Part shown: positions 1-18,858 of the stretch, piece by piece
Numbering within the stretch: position 1 is the first letter of the stretch
Layout of the letters: each line of letters starts with the position of its first letter
Source of the DNA: the human T2T-CHM13v2.0 reference genome, Homo sapiens
DNA length: 64,000 bases
Reading direction: 5' to 3' (one strand)
Assembly: GCF_009914755.1 (NCBI RefSeq)
Contig: NC_060925.1
Notes under the pieces: model-generated
Database searches by the model: none
Told to the model about the DNA's origin: nothing
What the model saw: only the letters and a program-made list of their open reading frames with translations
Position numbers and translations under genes: made by a program

Positions 1-65
1 CATAATATATTCAATTCTTACCACTTTCCTTGGCCACTGAAAGTGGTGGAAAACAAAACAGATCA

Positions 66-1514
<1,449 letters not shown>

Positions 1515-1933
1515 TAACTCAGTTCACTGAGAAACTTGTTTCCACCAATACTGGGACATTTCTGTTGTTGTTGGTAAGATTCCTATGGTACTTTTCTTCT
1601 AAAAAACTTTTCAATCTACTCTCTCATTTATCTTTGCAGCAAACTTCAAGGTTAAAGATGAAGGAAAGTAGGTGATGATGATGGGATAATATGAGATGGA
1701 AAAGAGAATTTATTTTATTTGAGAATGGGAAAATTCAGCCCTAGACAAGCTGAGTAATTACTCACGGTCATAGAGTGAAGTCTGGTGGTGATACCTTTAC
1801 CCCCTAAGATTCTTTCTTAGTTTCTATTATACTCTGTCACTGTAGGGATCTCTCTGCTGCCCTAGGAGCAATGCTTCATATGGCATCTCCATGGCATAAA
1901 GGCAAATGCCTGCATTGGCCAAGATAAATAAAC

Positions 1934-1943
1934 CCATATATGG
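1934..1943. promoter_or_regulatory. Palindromic CArG box CCATATATGG in TPM3 intron 2 (candidate enhancer)
   Basis: Perfect SRF consensus in non-repetitive intronic DNA; E-box CAGTTG at 2000-2005 and an A/T-rich MEF2-like CTATTAATAC nearby. Confidence 0.5.
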
Positions 1944-2376
1944 CCAGGGTCAGTGTGACCTCCATTTCCCATTGTGAAATCCGAGCTGGTTTTGTTGGAC
2001 AGTTGAGAGATGAGAGGTTCCCTATTAATACACATATCCACATGCCAAGACTTGGACATAAAAGCTAAGAATGTGGCATGGGGGAGGAGGTAGGATAAGT
2101 GACAGCATTCTGAACTTAGAGTCCCCTCTCTTTGTCCAGGTCCTGGGAAAGATAATTAAATTCCTGGGTTGGTGATAGGAGATAAATGAGACCTTTACAT
2201 GTATTAAAAAAAAACTTTTAACATGTTGGAGATGTCTTTAAGAAAGAAAATACATGCCATTATGAGAATATACCAGCATGTGGTTATATGCAAAAATGTA
2301 TGTGAGTATATATGTCTGTGTTCCATGAACCCACAAGTGTGTTTGGAATTTCGTCATACATTAACATAAAGATCTA

Positions 2377-2544
<168 letters not shown>

Positions 2545-2909
2545 CTATAGGAGCCCAGAGAGTCACACACAAAAACACACAAACACAACAATGCAGGGTT
2601 GGACCCTGGGCTCTTGGAGCCCTGAGTGTAACCTCCATGTTACCATCCCTAGTGAGACACACTTTCTCCCCAGCCACTTCCAGCCCACTGCCTCAGGAGT
2701 TATGCCGTAGCTTGGCCTGTGACCCTGTAATCTCTGATCCTAAGATGACCAAGCCATCCTGGGTTTTCATCCAAGACCCCTGGATGATAAATATCTAAAG
2801 TGTAGATGCCCGTGATGCTATTTGAGTGAAAAGAGATGCTCTTTCCCTCTAGAACTCTTACCTTTTCCTCTAGAAGTCAAGGGTTCTTCCAAAACATGGT
2901 CCATTTCTA

Positions 2910-3272
<363 letters not shown>

Positions 3273-3354
3273 TCACCTGTGAACACTGGAGAACTGGAGA
3301 CTGGGGCAAGAAAGAAGGGGCTGCTGCCTGAGTGACCAGGAGGTCCCCAGACTT

Positions 3355-3510
3355 GAGTCTTTATCTGTGCTCATAGCTCCACCTTTTGTTCCTAATATGG
3401 TCTTTCCAGCTCCCTCCACCCCATCATTGTTCTCCTGGGGGAACACAGGGTGAGACGCTTTGATGAACTGACATCACCAGCAAAAAAAATATCTAGCAAC
3501 AGCTGAGGCT
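3355..3510 (-). promoter_or_regulatory. TPM3 muscle proximal promoter: CArG box CCTAATATGG (3391-3400), E-box CAGCTG (3500-3505), GATAAA TATA/GATA-like element (~3360-3365)
   Basis: Perfect CC(A/T)6GG and a myogenic-type AACAGCTG about 140-255 bp upstream of the muscle ATG. Confidence 0.7.
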
Positions 3511-4897
3511 GATTTTAGACAATGGAAAGTGGGGGAGGGAAGAGGTTCTCCCTGACCCTGAAACTTTCCACTCATTCTGGGCAGCTCTATGGATGTTTTA
3601 AAAGAAGAGGAAGAGGGGAGGGAAGAACATTGAAATAGAGAAGTGTACTTTGGCAATTCTAGGTTGGCAGTTTGCATCCAGGGGGTCCTGGTTGCCTTTC
3701 AGCTTCCCGTTTCACTCTCCCCCAGACTGTGTTGAATGCTGGTCAAACTCCGTTAGTTGAGTTTTAGCTTTTGATTCCTGGTATTCAAGGAGCTTGGGCA
3801 CAGGGAAGAGGGGAGGTCACTCATGATCCTTAACAATTCTCCCAGATCCCCAGATCAAATTGCTGTGCTATTCTGGGAGTCTCCGATTGGCAGGGAGACG
3901 TTTTTCCTCCCCACCAAGAGCCACAAGAGTAGAGTAAGAGGTAGGGTTGGAATCTCCAACCCTATCCTTGAAGGCTATCCCAGAGCTTCAAGTGGGGTGG
4001 GGAGAGAAACAGGGGAGGGTCAGAACAATCCAGACAGGATCATACCCTTTGTTTTCCCACAGTAATCTTAAAATAGAACTGTTGTACCCACACAGACTTT
4101 GGTCTGTGTGGCTCTCTCCTCTTCTTCCCTTTATCTTCTCCCTTCTTAATTCTCCCCAACGCTGCCACTCACCACATCATCGTAATCATCATTATCAGCT
4201 CTATTCTTTCCAGTTTAGTTCCAGACCATGTTTATTCTTCCATTGGGAGCCTTGTTACTAACAGGTGGCAAGGATACCAGTCCACTGGCACCATACACCT
4301 GAAAATATGCCAAGGGAGAGGTGGGCACTGTTCAAGGTGACCAGATATATTGGACAAATATAAATGGCTCTAGTTAGTCATTTATGTCAGGATACTGAGA
4401 GTTAATGCTAAGCCCCAGCAATGGGGGAACGGAGACACCCACCAGGCCAGTGGGTAGAGCAGAGCTGGAGTCCACTATTGAGAGCTTCCAGTCACTAGAG
4501 GTAGATAGGCAGATAGACCATCAGCTGACTCTCGACAGAGAGAGGAGAAACCAAGTCTCCTTTCTCTGGAGATTAGCCAGGGAAAGGGGTTAGGGAACAG
4601 GGAGAGGAAGGAGTGGAAAATGGGGGGGGGGTGGGCAAGTGAATAAGGGGGAGAAAAATACGAGGACAAGAAAAGGCAAAGAAATGTCCCTTCTAGTATA
4701 AGGGGACAAGAAATAGAAAGATTCTATCCTCAAATTCCAACTCTCTCCCATTCCCACACCAGCCCTCTTAGGTTAAGATTGAAATGCACATAGGTTGCAG
4801 CTACTGGACTTTTGGGGGGGTCCTGGAGAGAAGAGGTTCAGTAAAAGAGACAGGAGCCCCAGAGATTGAAGTATGAAAGAGGGTGGTGCTGAATCAC

Positions 4898-4976
4898 CTG
4901 CTGCTGTAAGAATATGTTTGACATTTAGTTGGTTCCTAATTAAACAACCCAATATCAAACATATCACACAGAAGCA
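4898..4976 (-). ncRNA. MIR190B: pre-miR-190b hairpin; mature 5p UGAUAUGUUUGAUAUUGGGUU(G) at ~4945-4966
   Basis: Reverse complement contains the miR-190 family seed GAUAUGU; arms pair (AUAUGUUUGA with UCAAACAUAU). Confidence 0.97.
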
Positions 4977-7270
4977 GGCAGGAGAGCTTTGGGGGTCATC
5001 TGCCTTCCTTCCAGTTGCAAAGAAAGAATAGAGCAGACACCAGGCACCAATCATGTCTAGGTGGAGAGCCATCTCCTTGAGGAAGGGTACTGGCTCCTGC
5101 TCTTCACCTCCCAAGACAGCCAGCTCTTGCTTATTGTCCTACGTGTCATCCCTGCCTCAGCTCCTCCTCTACAAGCTCCTGGCCTTTGCTGGATCACGTT
5201 GGCCTAAACCAGGAAGAATACCTGGCAGGGCTCCACATCCGGGCAACTATCGTTCCCTAGAGCTCCCACACAGAGCTTCTCACCCTGATGTCACGGCCCC
5301 AGCGCCCAGAGGATCAGCCGTGTCAGCAGCTCCTCATCAAAATTGCCACCTGCTCTCTTCAATGCCATTCCAGCTGCCCTGAGGCTTTCCGGGGTGGGGG
5401 CAGAGGACTTGTACACCCTGCTTTACCTTTCCAACAGAACTCCTAACCTTCCCAGATCACCCCCACAAGACTACTGAGGTCCGTTCAGGAGGCACCATCC
5501 TGGCACCGTCCTGCTCTTAAGTGCTGCAGATGCTTGGCTTCCCCTTTCTGCCAGCTTAACCCTTCTCACCTTCTCCCCATGTCCTCCAGGCATCCTCCTT
5601 AAAGTCACCCTTGGATGTCCAGAACAGAAGAATAACTTGTCTCCCTGGCAGGCTCCATCGTGGGCTCCAGAAGAGAAGACTTATAGTTCCCCACCTTGCC
5701 TGGCAGAATTGAAACTAAGGCTTTAGACTGAGGGTAAGAGAGGAAACTTCTGCCAGGAAGCAGCCTGCAGTCCACAGGAGTCCTCTCCTCTTCTAGGGCT
5801 TTTTACCAGAACTCCAGGCTGCGTTCTCCAAGGGTCTTCCCTCACAGGGATCCAGCCGGATTCCCACATGGGAAATTTCTCTTTTGGAGAGAATCAGGTC
5901 TGTTGAATGTCATGTGGCAGGCAGATGCTTCTCTCCACTGTGGCAGAAAAGAGCCCAAGTTATAGCTGCATTGGGGGCTGGGGGGCTTGAGTGGAAGTGT
6001 GGGGGTGGGAGGAGGACACTCTGCTTCAGCCCCTAGGCCTGTTCCATGTGTCCTTGTTCCCATTCCAGACACCCACCCCAAACCCCAGCATATACCAACT
6101 CCACAGTGTCCTTGATCTAGATCAATAGCTTGTCCCAAGCCCCAGTCAATTCCTGTTGTGTGGCTCTTGCCTTTCAGGGGAAGACTAACAAATCGGCATA
6201 TACAGGCCCCAAGGTAGGCATCTGTGATGTTGTCTTATGTCTTTGTTCCTTTTTGGCTCCTAAAGGGGATGTGTATGTAATTTGTACTTTCTTGCTCTCC
6301 CTTCTTACCCTTAACCCCTCAAGTTCTAGTTCCCTTCTCTGAGAAGCTTACCCACATTCAAGAATCAGAAGCTGGAGGAAGAGAGGCTGGGAAAGAGACT
6401 AGCAGGAATGAAAGGACTTTAATGTTTGGGGCACTAGAGGAACAGAGAGGCAGACTGGGAATATGGATGCAGGGGAGAAGCAGCTGTCTTGGAAGGAGAG
6501 TTTGTATGGCATACCTAGGCAGAAACATCAGATGGCCTTTGATACAAGCCGTTTAGCTCTCCTGGAAATATCTACTATGTAGCCATTTCAAACAGGACTG
6601 AGCCCCTCTGAGCCAGAGGAGCTGGTTATAGCATTCGCCACAGAGGGAAGAGGGGCTGAATGGGTATGATGGGGTGATGTTATGAGAGCAGACAGAATAG
6701 ATAGAGAGGATCAGAAGAGATGGGCTCTGTAGGGGGCCAACCTGCCAATACTGGAGCCAGCCTGGCACTGACAAGCCCTGGGGGAAGAGGCCAAGGTCAG
6801 GGATCAAGGCAGAGGGGATGGGGCATTCTGTGGGTTCAGATGAACAGAGGAAAGAAGAATAGCAAAATAGAAGGAGTTGGTGAGGGAGTCTGGTTGGAGG
6901 TAAGGGGAGCCCATGTAATGGAAAGGAATGAAGGAAAAAAACTATCATAGGAGCAAGAAAACATCATTATGGGTTACCATTTATTGGACATTTTGTGCTA
7001 CTTGCTGCTAAGTGCTTTATTTAATCCCCACAGCAACCCAATGAATTAGGCATTATCTCCCTTTTTACATACAGCATAAAGAACTGTAACCCAGAAAATT
7101 AAAATAATTTGCACAAGGCCACACAGTCAGTGACAGAGCCAGCACTGAAACCCAGATCTGTCCAGTGTTAAAGCCTGTTCTCCTAACGCCAAAATATACT
7201 GCCTGTGTAAAAGAAGCAATAAGCGGCCTGGGAGACAAATATGGGGGAAGATTTAAAAAGTGAAGGTGCA

Positions 7271-9813
<2,543 letters not shown>

Positions 9814-10337
9814 CTGTAAAGTGAACCCTTGTAAGTAAAGTTGTCTATGGCCTTCATATGATGCACATGGTCAATCAGTACTTTTCAGTATTTTTCAGAA
9901 TTTTGAGTGCCTTTATTTTGACTGCTCTTTCCAGCCCCCTACAAATCCCACCACTCCTTATTTCCTTACAACTGTAACATTACCTGCCTGACCCCTGGAG
10001 ACATTTAAGTTTGGAATCCTCTCTCTTGGCATAGGTGGGAATTCAGGCCCAGTGGAAAGAGACTTGTCCAAAGTTTCACAATAACTAGCTGACTCAAAAC
10101 CCAAAATGCAGGCCTCCTCACTCAAGCACTACGGTGTCTGTAGATTAATAGCCACATTCAGAACAATTTGTCCAAATATAAATAAAAGATAAGTGAAAGT
10201 GATATCTGAGAGATGGCAAGTGAAATCCAGGAGGTTAAGATTACAGTAGCTGAAAAATAAGCACTTTTGAAACAAATCAAGATTTAGACATGAAAGAATG
10301 AGCCCAGTGGTCTAAGTTTGAGCCTTTAGGAAGTAAA

Positions 10338-10343
10338 TTTATT
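10338..10343 (-). terminator. Probable AATAAA polyadenylation signal of CFAP141
   Basis: TTTATT on + strand about 315 nt downstream of the CFAP141 stop. Confidence 0.65.
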
Positions 10344-10658
10344 TGTTATACCAAATCAGGATTCTCAACTCTCATTGTCCACCCCTCCCCACCCCTGCCC
10401 CCTTACATCAACATAGTAAATCCCACTATGACCACAAGGCGTCACTCTTGTTGTTACTGTTGTTTCATAGATTGTTTCCCAAATAGCGGCAAAGGATTAA
10501 CGAGAGAGTGGAGAAGTGAGAGTGGAAGTGCTGTCTTAAGTCCCTGACAGATAGCAAGATCCAGGTATGTTTTGGGAAGGAGGTTCAAGGTGGTAGAGGT
10601 TCTAGAAGGCTAGGTTAGCAGGCATGTTGAGAATGGAAGAGCAGTGTTTTGGATGCCA

Positions 10659-10814
<156 letters not shown>

Positions 10815-11669
10815 TTATTCTTTCTTCCTAGTTGTTTTCCCATTATTTGTGTTCTCTTGGAGCTGGACTTAGCTGTGACATAAAGCTGGGTGGTAGCAGA
10901 GAGGCTGAACCAGCAGAGGGAAGCCTATCCAATTTTTTTCTCCACAGGCAAAGCCCTATGTTCAGCAAATATTTGCTGAGAACAGACCATGAAACAGGAA
11001 CTCTACTAAGTAACTGGGATACAAAGATGGTTACATGGCACCAAGTGGGGACCCCGGGAGAGAGAGAGGTACCGAGAGGCAAGTGATACGCACTAAGAGG
11101 CAGTTTTTTTTGTTTTTTGTTTTTTTGAGACCAAGTCTTACGTTGTAGCCCAGGCTGGAGTGCAGTGGCACAATTTCAGCTCACTGCAACCTCTGCCCTC
11201 GTTTCAAGTGATTCTCGTGCCTCGGCCTCCCAAGTAGCTGGGATTATAGGCAAGTGCCACCATGCCCGGCCAATTTTTGTGTTTTTAGTAGAGAGGTGGT
11301 TTTGGCATGTTGGTCAAGCTGGTCTTGAACTCCTGGGCTCAAGCGATCTGCCCGTCTTGGCCCCCCAAAGTGCTGGGATTACAGGCCTGAGCCACCACAC
11401 CCGATCTAAGAGGCAGTTTTGAGTCTCACCAAGATGAAAGGAGCAGGAACTAGAGTATACTTTGGGACTTTAACATGTGCCTGCCGCCTGTAAGGTGGAT
11501 GCAAAGAATCACTTAATGAAAAAGAGTTTTGGCAATGGAGTTAGAGTTGTGTTGCTCTGGTGTAATGCTGAAAACCTAGAGGCAAACAAGATAAATGTGC
11601 AATGACACACACTAAGAGCTTGGAAAACTCAATGGGCAAAGGCACACAGCAGTAGTGAATGAGACTTCA

Positions 11670-11820
<151 letters not shown>

Positions 11821-11933
11821 CTGCTCCAGGTACAGAGGTGGGGGTTGAATGGGTGGGTTAGAGTTAGGAGTAGAGACAAAAAACCCATAGAGTGAGGCTG
11901 TTTCTTTTTTCTTTTTCTTTTCTTTTTTTTTGA

Positions 11934-12285
<352 letters not shown>

Positions 12286-12381
12286 TAGAACCTAGTATGT
12301 ATTAAGTACATAATATCATTTAATCATTACAGTAACTATGTGGCATAGGTGTTATTTTATTTATTTATTTATTTATTTTGA

Positions 12382-12486
<105 letters not shown>

Positions 12487-13029
12487 TGAGTAGCTGGGAT
12501 TACAGGCATGCGCCACCGCGCCTGGCCCATAGGCATTAATTTTTACATGATACAGGTAAGGAAACTAAAAGTTGTGAGATGCCCAAGGTCACTTAATGGC
12601 AGACCTGGGACTCAAATCCAGCTTTTTTTTTTTTTTTTAGACAGAGTCTCACTCTGTCACCCAGGCTGGAGTGCAGTGAGGCAATCTTGGCTCACTGCAA
12701 TCTCTGCCTCCAGGGTTCAAGTGATCCTCCTGCCTCAGCCTCCTGAGTCGCTGGGACTACAGGCATGTGCCACCACACCTGGCTAATTTTTGTATTTTTA
12801 GTAGAGACGAGGTTTCACCGTGTTGGCCACGCTGGTGTCGAACTCCTGACCTCAGGTGATCCGCCTGACTCAGCATCCCAAAGTGCTGGGATTACAGGTA
12901 TGAGCCACCGCGCCTGGCCCCAAATCCAATTTCTCTAAAGTTAATATCCCTTCCCTCATACTAGTGATTCTCAGCCCTGGCTAGACTGGAATCTTCATTG
13001 AAGTTTTAATTTTTTTTTTTGAGAAATAG

Positions 13030-13296
<267 letters not shown>

Positions 13297-13869
13297 TAGC
13301 TGGGATTATTGGTGCATGCCACCACGCCCAGCTAATTTTCATATTTTTAGTAGAGACAGAGGTTTCACCATGTTGGCCAGGCTGGTCTTGAACTCCTGAC
13401 CTCATGTAATCCACCTGTCTCAGTCTCCCAAAGTGCTGGGATTACAGGCGTAAGCCACCATGCCTGGCTGCTAATTTTTAAATTTTTAGTAGAGGTGGGG
13501 TTTTGCCATGTTGGCCAGGCTGGTCTCGAACTCCAGACCTCAAGTGATCAGCCTGCCTCAGCCTCCCAAAGTGCTGGGATTACAGGAGTGAGCCACCATG
13601 CCAGGCCAGTTTTAAGTTTTTTAATATATAGAAAGAATATAAATATACATCATGCATGTACATATATCTACTGTTGGCATTTTTAAAAAATCAAAAGTAC
13701 ATTTTCCACATGTTGAAAAAATTGAATCTACACAGAAATACATTAAGTGAGGCCGGCCGCGGTGACTCATGCCTGTAATCCCAGCACTTTGGGAGGCCCA
13801 GGCGGGCAGATCACGAGGTCAGGAGATCGAGACCATCCTCACTAACACGGTGAAACCCCGTCTCTACTA

Positions 13870-14700
<831 letters not shown>

Positions 14701-15194
14701 TGATTATGGATCACTACAATGTCAACCTCTTAGGCTCAAGCAATCCTTCTACCTCAGCTGTCTAAATAGCCAGGACAACAGGTGTGTGCCTGGCTAATTT
14801 TTATTTTTTTGTAGAGACGGAGTCTCACTGTTACCCAGGCTGGTCTCAAACTCCTGCACTCAAGTGATCCTCTGCCTTGGTCTCCCAAAGTGCTGGGATT
14901 ACAAGTATGAGCCACCACACCCAGCTACTTGTGAATGTTTTCAGAAAATGTTTCTATCATAAACTGGGAAGTACATCTTCTTTTTTAAAAAACATGTAAT
15001 CAGGCCGGGCGTGGTGGCTCACGCCTATAATTCCAGCACTTTGGGAGGCCAAGGCAGGCCGATTACTTGAGGTCAGGGGTTTGAGAACAGCCTGGCCAAC
15101 ATGGCGAAACCCCAACGTGGTGAAACTCCGACTCTACTGAAAATACAAAAATTAGCCAGGTGTGGTGGCGGGCACCTGTAATCCCAACTACTCA

Positions 15195-15299
<105 letters not shown>

Positions 15300-15906
15300 T
15301 CAATAAATAAATAAATAAATAAATAAATAAAAGCAATAGTCATGAACATTCTTGTGTATGTACCTTCTAGTGCTTTTCCAAGTATGTATATTTAAGATAA
15401 ATTCCTATTTTTGCCAGTTCAATGGATATGTAAATTTAAATTTTGATAGATTTTATCAAACTGCCTTTGTAAACATGGCTGTATCAACCTAGACTCCTAT
15501 TAAAATCATATATGTTCTTGTTTCTTCACATCCTTGCTAGCTCTGGATATAACCCGTGAAACCTTAAAAAAAGGCTTCTCCTATCCCATTTCAGACCACT
15601 TTTATCAGAATCTCCTAGGGTTAAGAACTAGGCATCAGTGCTTATTTATTTATTTAAATTAAGTTTTTTGGTAGAGATGGGGGTCTTGCCATGTTGCCCA
15701 GGCTGGTCTCGAACTCCTGAGCTCAAGCAATCCACCTGCCTTGCCCTCCCAAAGTGCTGGGATTACAGACATGAGCCAATGTGCCCAGCTCATTTTGTTT
15801 TGTTTTGAGACAGGGTTTTCCTCTCTCACCCAGGCTAGAATGCAGTGGTGGCATCACTTGACCTGAGCTCAACTGATCCTCCTGCTTCAGTCTCCTGAGT
15901 GGCTGA

Positions 15907-16301
<395 letters not shown>

Positions 16302-16807
16302 TAGGCTGGTCTTGAACTCCTGAGCTCAGGCAATCCTCCTGCCTCAGCCTCCCAAAGTGCTAGGATTACAGGCGTGAGCCACCGCGCCCGGCTGCATCAG
16401 TTTTTTCAAAAGTTCATCAGGGTGAAAAGGATACGTAGCCCAGTCTTGTGAATCTTCTCATTCACTGGTTCAACAAATACTGCACTACCAACCACATAAT
16501 TAGTACAAAGCCAGGCAACAAATACTTGAATTCTTGATAAAAAAAGAAAATAAAAACATGCTTCAATTTTTCTCCAGAGAATGAGGCAGGGGACAATAAA
16601 AACCAATCTATATCACCTAACCTAGTAGGCACTAAGAGGCTGATCTCATTTGCTTTGAGGACAAGGCTGCTTCTCACCCCTTCCGCATCTGTTTTCCTCT
16701 TGATGAGCCCCTAAAGAGATGCAGCAGAGTTGGGAGGTGGCTCAGGGAAGACAGCAGAGTGGAAAGGTCAAGCTCAAAGGTAAAGGGAGGGGATAGAAGC
16801 AGATTAC

Positions 16808-16848
16808 CTGTCGACCGTCTTCTTAAGTCCCATGGCCTTTTGAAAACT
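16808..16848 (-). CDS. CFAP141: CFAP141 exon 2: [13 protein letters not shown](R)
   Basis: Acceptor TTTTCTTGCAG|AGT, donor AG|GTAAT, 41 nt. Confidence 0.9.
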
Positions 16849-16933
16849 CTGCAAGAAAAGGTAGTTCTGTTGATCTGCCTCAGTCTCCAGAACCTCTATT
16901 CTAATGAGAGACATAGACCTTTTTTTTTTTTGA

Positions 16934-17041
<108 letters not shown>

Positions 17042-17484
17042 TAGCTGAGATTATAGGAATGCACCACCATGCCGGGCTAATTTTGTATTTTTAGTAGAGA
17101 TGGGGTTTCTCCATGTTGGTCAGGCTAGTCTCGAACTCCTGACCTCAGGTGATCCGCCCACCTCAGCCTCCCAAAGTGATAGGATTACAGGCGTGAGTCA
17201 CCGCACCCAGCCACATAGACCTTTTTGAGAAAGCAATTTCCTGGGGGGAAATAGGGAGAGGAAAGCTCTACTTTCAGAATGGATCAAAGAAAACACGCAG
17301 GGGTTGGATAGAACACATATTTGAATACCTACTGTGTACTAGACACAGCCTCCCACTCCTGTTACTAACTACATTATACCCTTGTTACATCAAAAGCCTT
17401 TCCCAGTAAAAGATGCACTTATAGTAAATTGATCTGGAAACTTCATCAAACTTCAACCCAGCCCCTCCTTCCAACTCTGCATAC

Positions 17485-17517
17485 CTCTTCTACTTTTGTC
17501 ATCTTTTCCACAGACAT
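17485..17517 (-). CDS. CFAP141: CFAP141 exon 1 coding part: MSVEKMTKVEE
   Basis: ATG at 17517, donor GAG|GTATG; the four exons sum to 101 codons plus stop. Confidence 0.9.
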
Positions 17518-17590
17518 GTCTATAGATTTGCTTGATACAGTCTGAGGAGACTGACAGGCTCCTCTGTTTAGTTCAGTAACCAAGGTTTCA

Positions 17591-17672
17591 GTAGTCATAG
17601 TAACATTTACACCTCCAACAATAACCCTGGGCCTAGGAGTTGATTGGCCACCTGGCCTGTTGCCCCAGAAAC
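17591..17672 (-). promoter_or_regulatory. CFAP141 promoter: RFX X-box-like sites GTTACTATGACTAC (17604-17591) and GTTGCCCCAGAAAC (17659-17672), CCAAT box (17643-17647)
   Basis: Matches to the GTNRCY-N-RGNAAC-type X-box typical of ciliary genes, 75-155 bp upstream of the ATG. Confidence 0.6.
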
Positions 17673-17950
17673 CTTGAGAGAATCCTTGTTCTGCAGCCTT
17701 CTGTTGGTGACACAGGCATCTATGAGCAAGGGCCACAGTCCTGATTTTAGGATTTCTTGTGCTAGGGTCCCAAGGAGTATGTGTATGGTCGTAGGTCCAG
17801 GGTATGCACACAGTCCCACCAATTCTCTGGAGGCAAATCCTCATGCCCTATACCCTGTTAGAAATGTGCAGATAACATTATCAAATGCCTGTTTTATTAA
17901 AAGACAACTATAAAGGACTGATTCATACGTTTTATTTGATAATAGTTCAT

Positions 17951-17956
17951 TTTATT
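17951..17956 (-). terminator. AATAAA polyadenylation signal of C1orf43 (others at 17893, 17931, 18063, 18072)
   Basis: Cluster of TTTATT on + strand about 0.6-0.8 kb downstream of the C1orf43 stop. Confidence 0.7.
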
Positions 17957-18662
17957 AAATAATTTATAAAGTCAGACCAGTGCATTGGGCTTGTTAGGGG
18001 AAACCATTCCTTCCTACTGTCACATAGCCTGGCAGATTATATCAGGTGCCAAAACATTCCCTTTTATTCAATTTATTAATGAGAGTGTGGAATTAAAGTA
18101 GATCCTTGCATGTCAGGAAAGCTGCAACACATCTGGTTTAAGTGGAGCACAAAGGTAAGTTATTCCACATTCACCAACTTCCCCACTTGACCTCCCACCA
18201 GTTCCTGTCTGCTTTTTCCATCAATCAACTCTAAGATGCCCTAAACCCAAACAGTTCCCATTCAACTGTGCACAAAGGTATAGATATGGAAGACATCTCA
18301 CTCCAACTCTCACCTTTGGAATTAAATAAACCTGGAACAGGGAAGGTGAACTATGGCTGAAACCAAGTGAAGATTTTTAAGAAGCTTTGACAGAAACATT
18401 AAGAATAACACCTGAATGCAAATCCAGAAAAAAGCGCTACTGGGGGAAAATAGTCTTAGCCAATGTTCTAAAAATGCTCATAAGGAAGGGTTGGGGAATT
18501 ACCCTTTAGACACAAGCTCTAAGAACTCTGGATACAACGGGAACTTGGATGGATACAGTCTGGGCCTGCTGGGCCAGATGTTCCGAGGGCGGCCCGGCAA
18601 GCAGCCTGTCTTGCACATTGCAACTGACTGGCTTAATCTACGGCAAGAGTCCTTCAGCTCCG

Positions 18663-18858
18663 TCACAGAGTACTCTCCAATGTGTTATAGTTATCCTTAA
18701 AGCTCTTCAATTCAAGGAAGTGCTTGGCACGTTTACTCTTCTGACTGGAGGGGAGGTATGTCACCTGGATGGTTGTTGGGGAGACCTCAGGGGACTGAGT
18801 TAGGTCTTTGGCTGCTGACTGGTGATGTCGCTGAGAGCTCCCAATTCGTGCTTTAACC
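18663..18858 (-). CDS. C1orf43: C1orf43 (NICE-3) exon 7: (A)VKARIGSSQRHHQS...KDNYNTLESTL*
   Basis: Acceptor TTCTTCAG|G, 196 nt to TGA; seven exons total 762 nt = 253 aa + stop. Confidence 0.95.

Noticed and set aside
5320-5380. Minus-strand frame AAGMALKRAGGN resembles talin AAGNAVKRASDN; KQELAV near 5115-5135 resembles talin RQELAV
   Set aside because: The matches are short and non-collinear, the first lies on the wrong side of the miRNA for that talin exon, and extension needs frameshifts; compatible with chance. Only a significant tBLASTn hit would revive it
17446-17844. 132-aa minus-strand ORF extending CFAP141 exon 1 upstream
   Set aside because: It lacks an ATG at its start, runs through the X-box promoter and reads past the exon-1 donor; only MSVEKMTKVEE is supported
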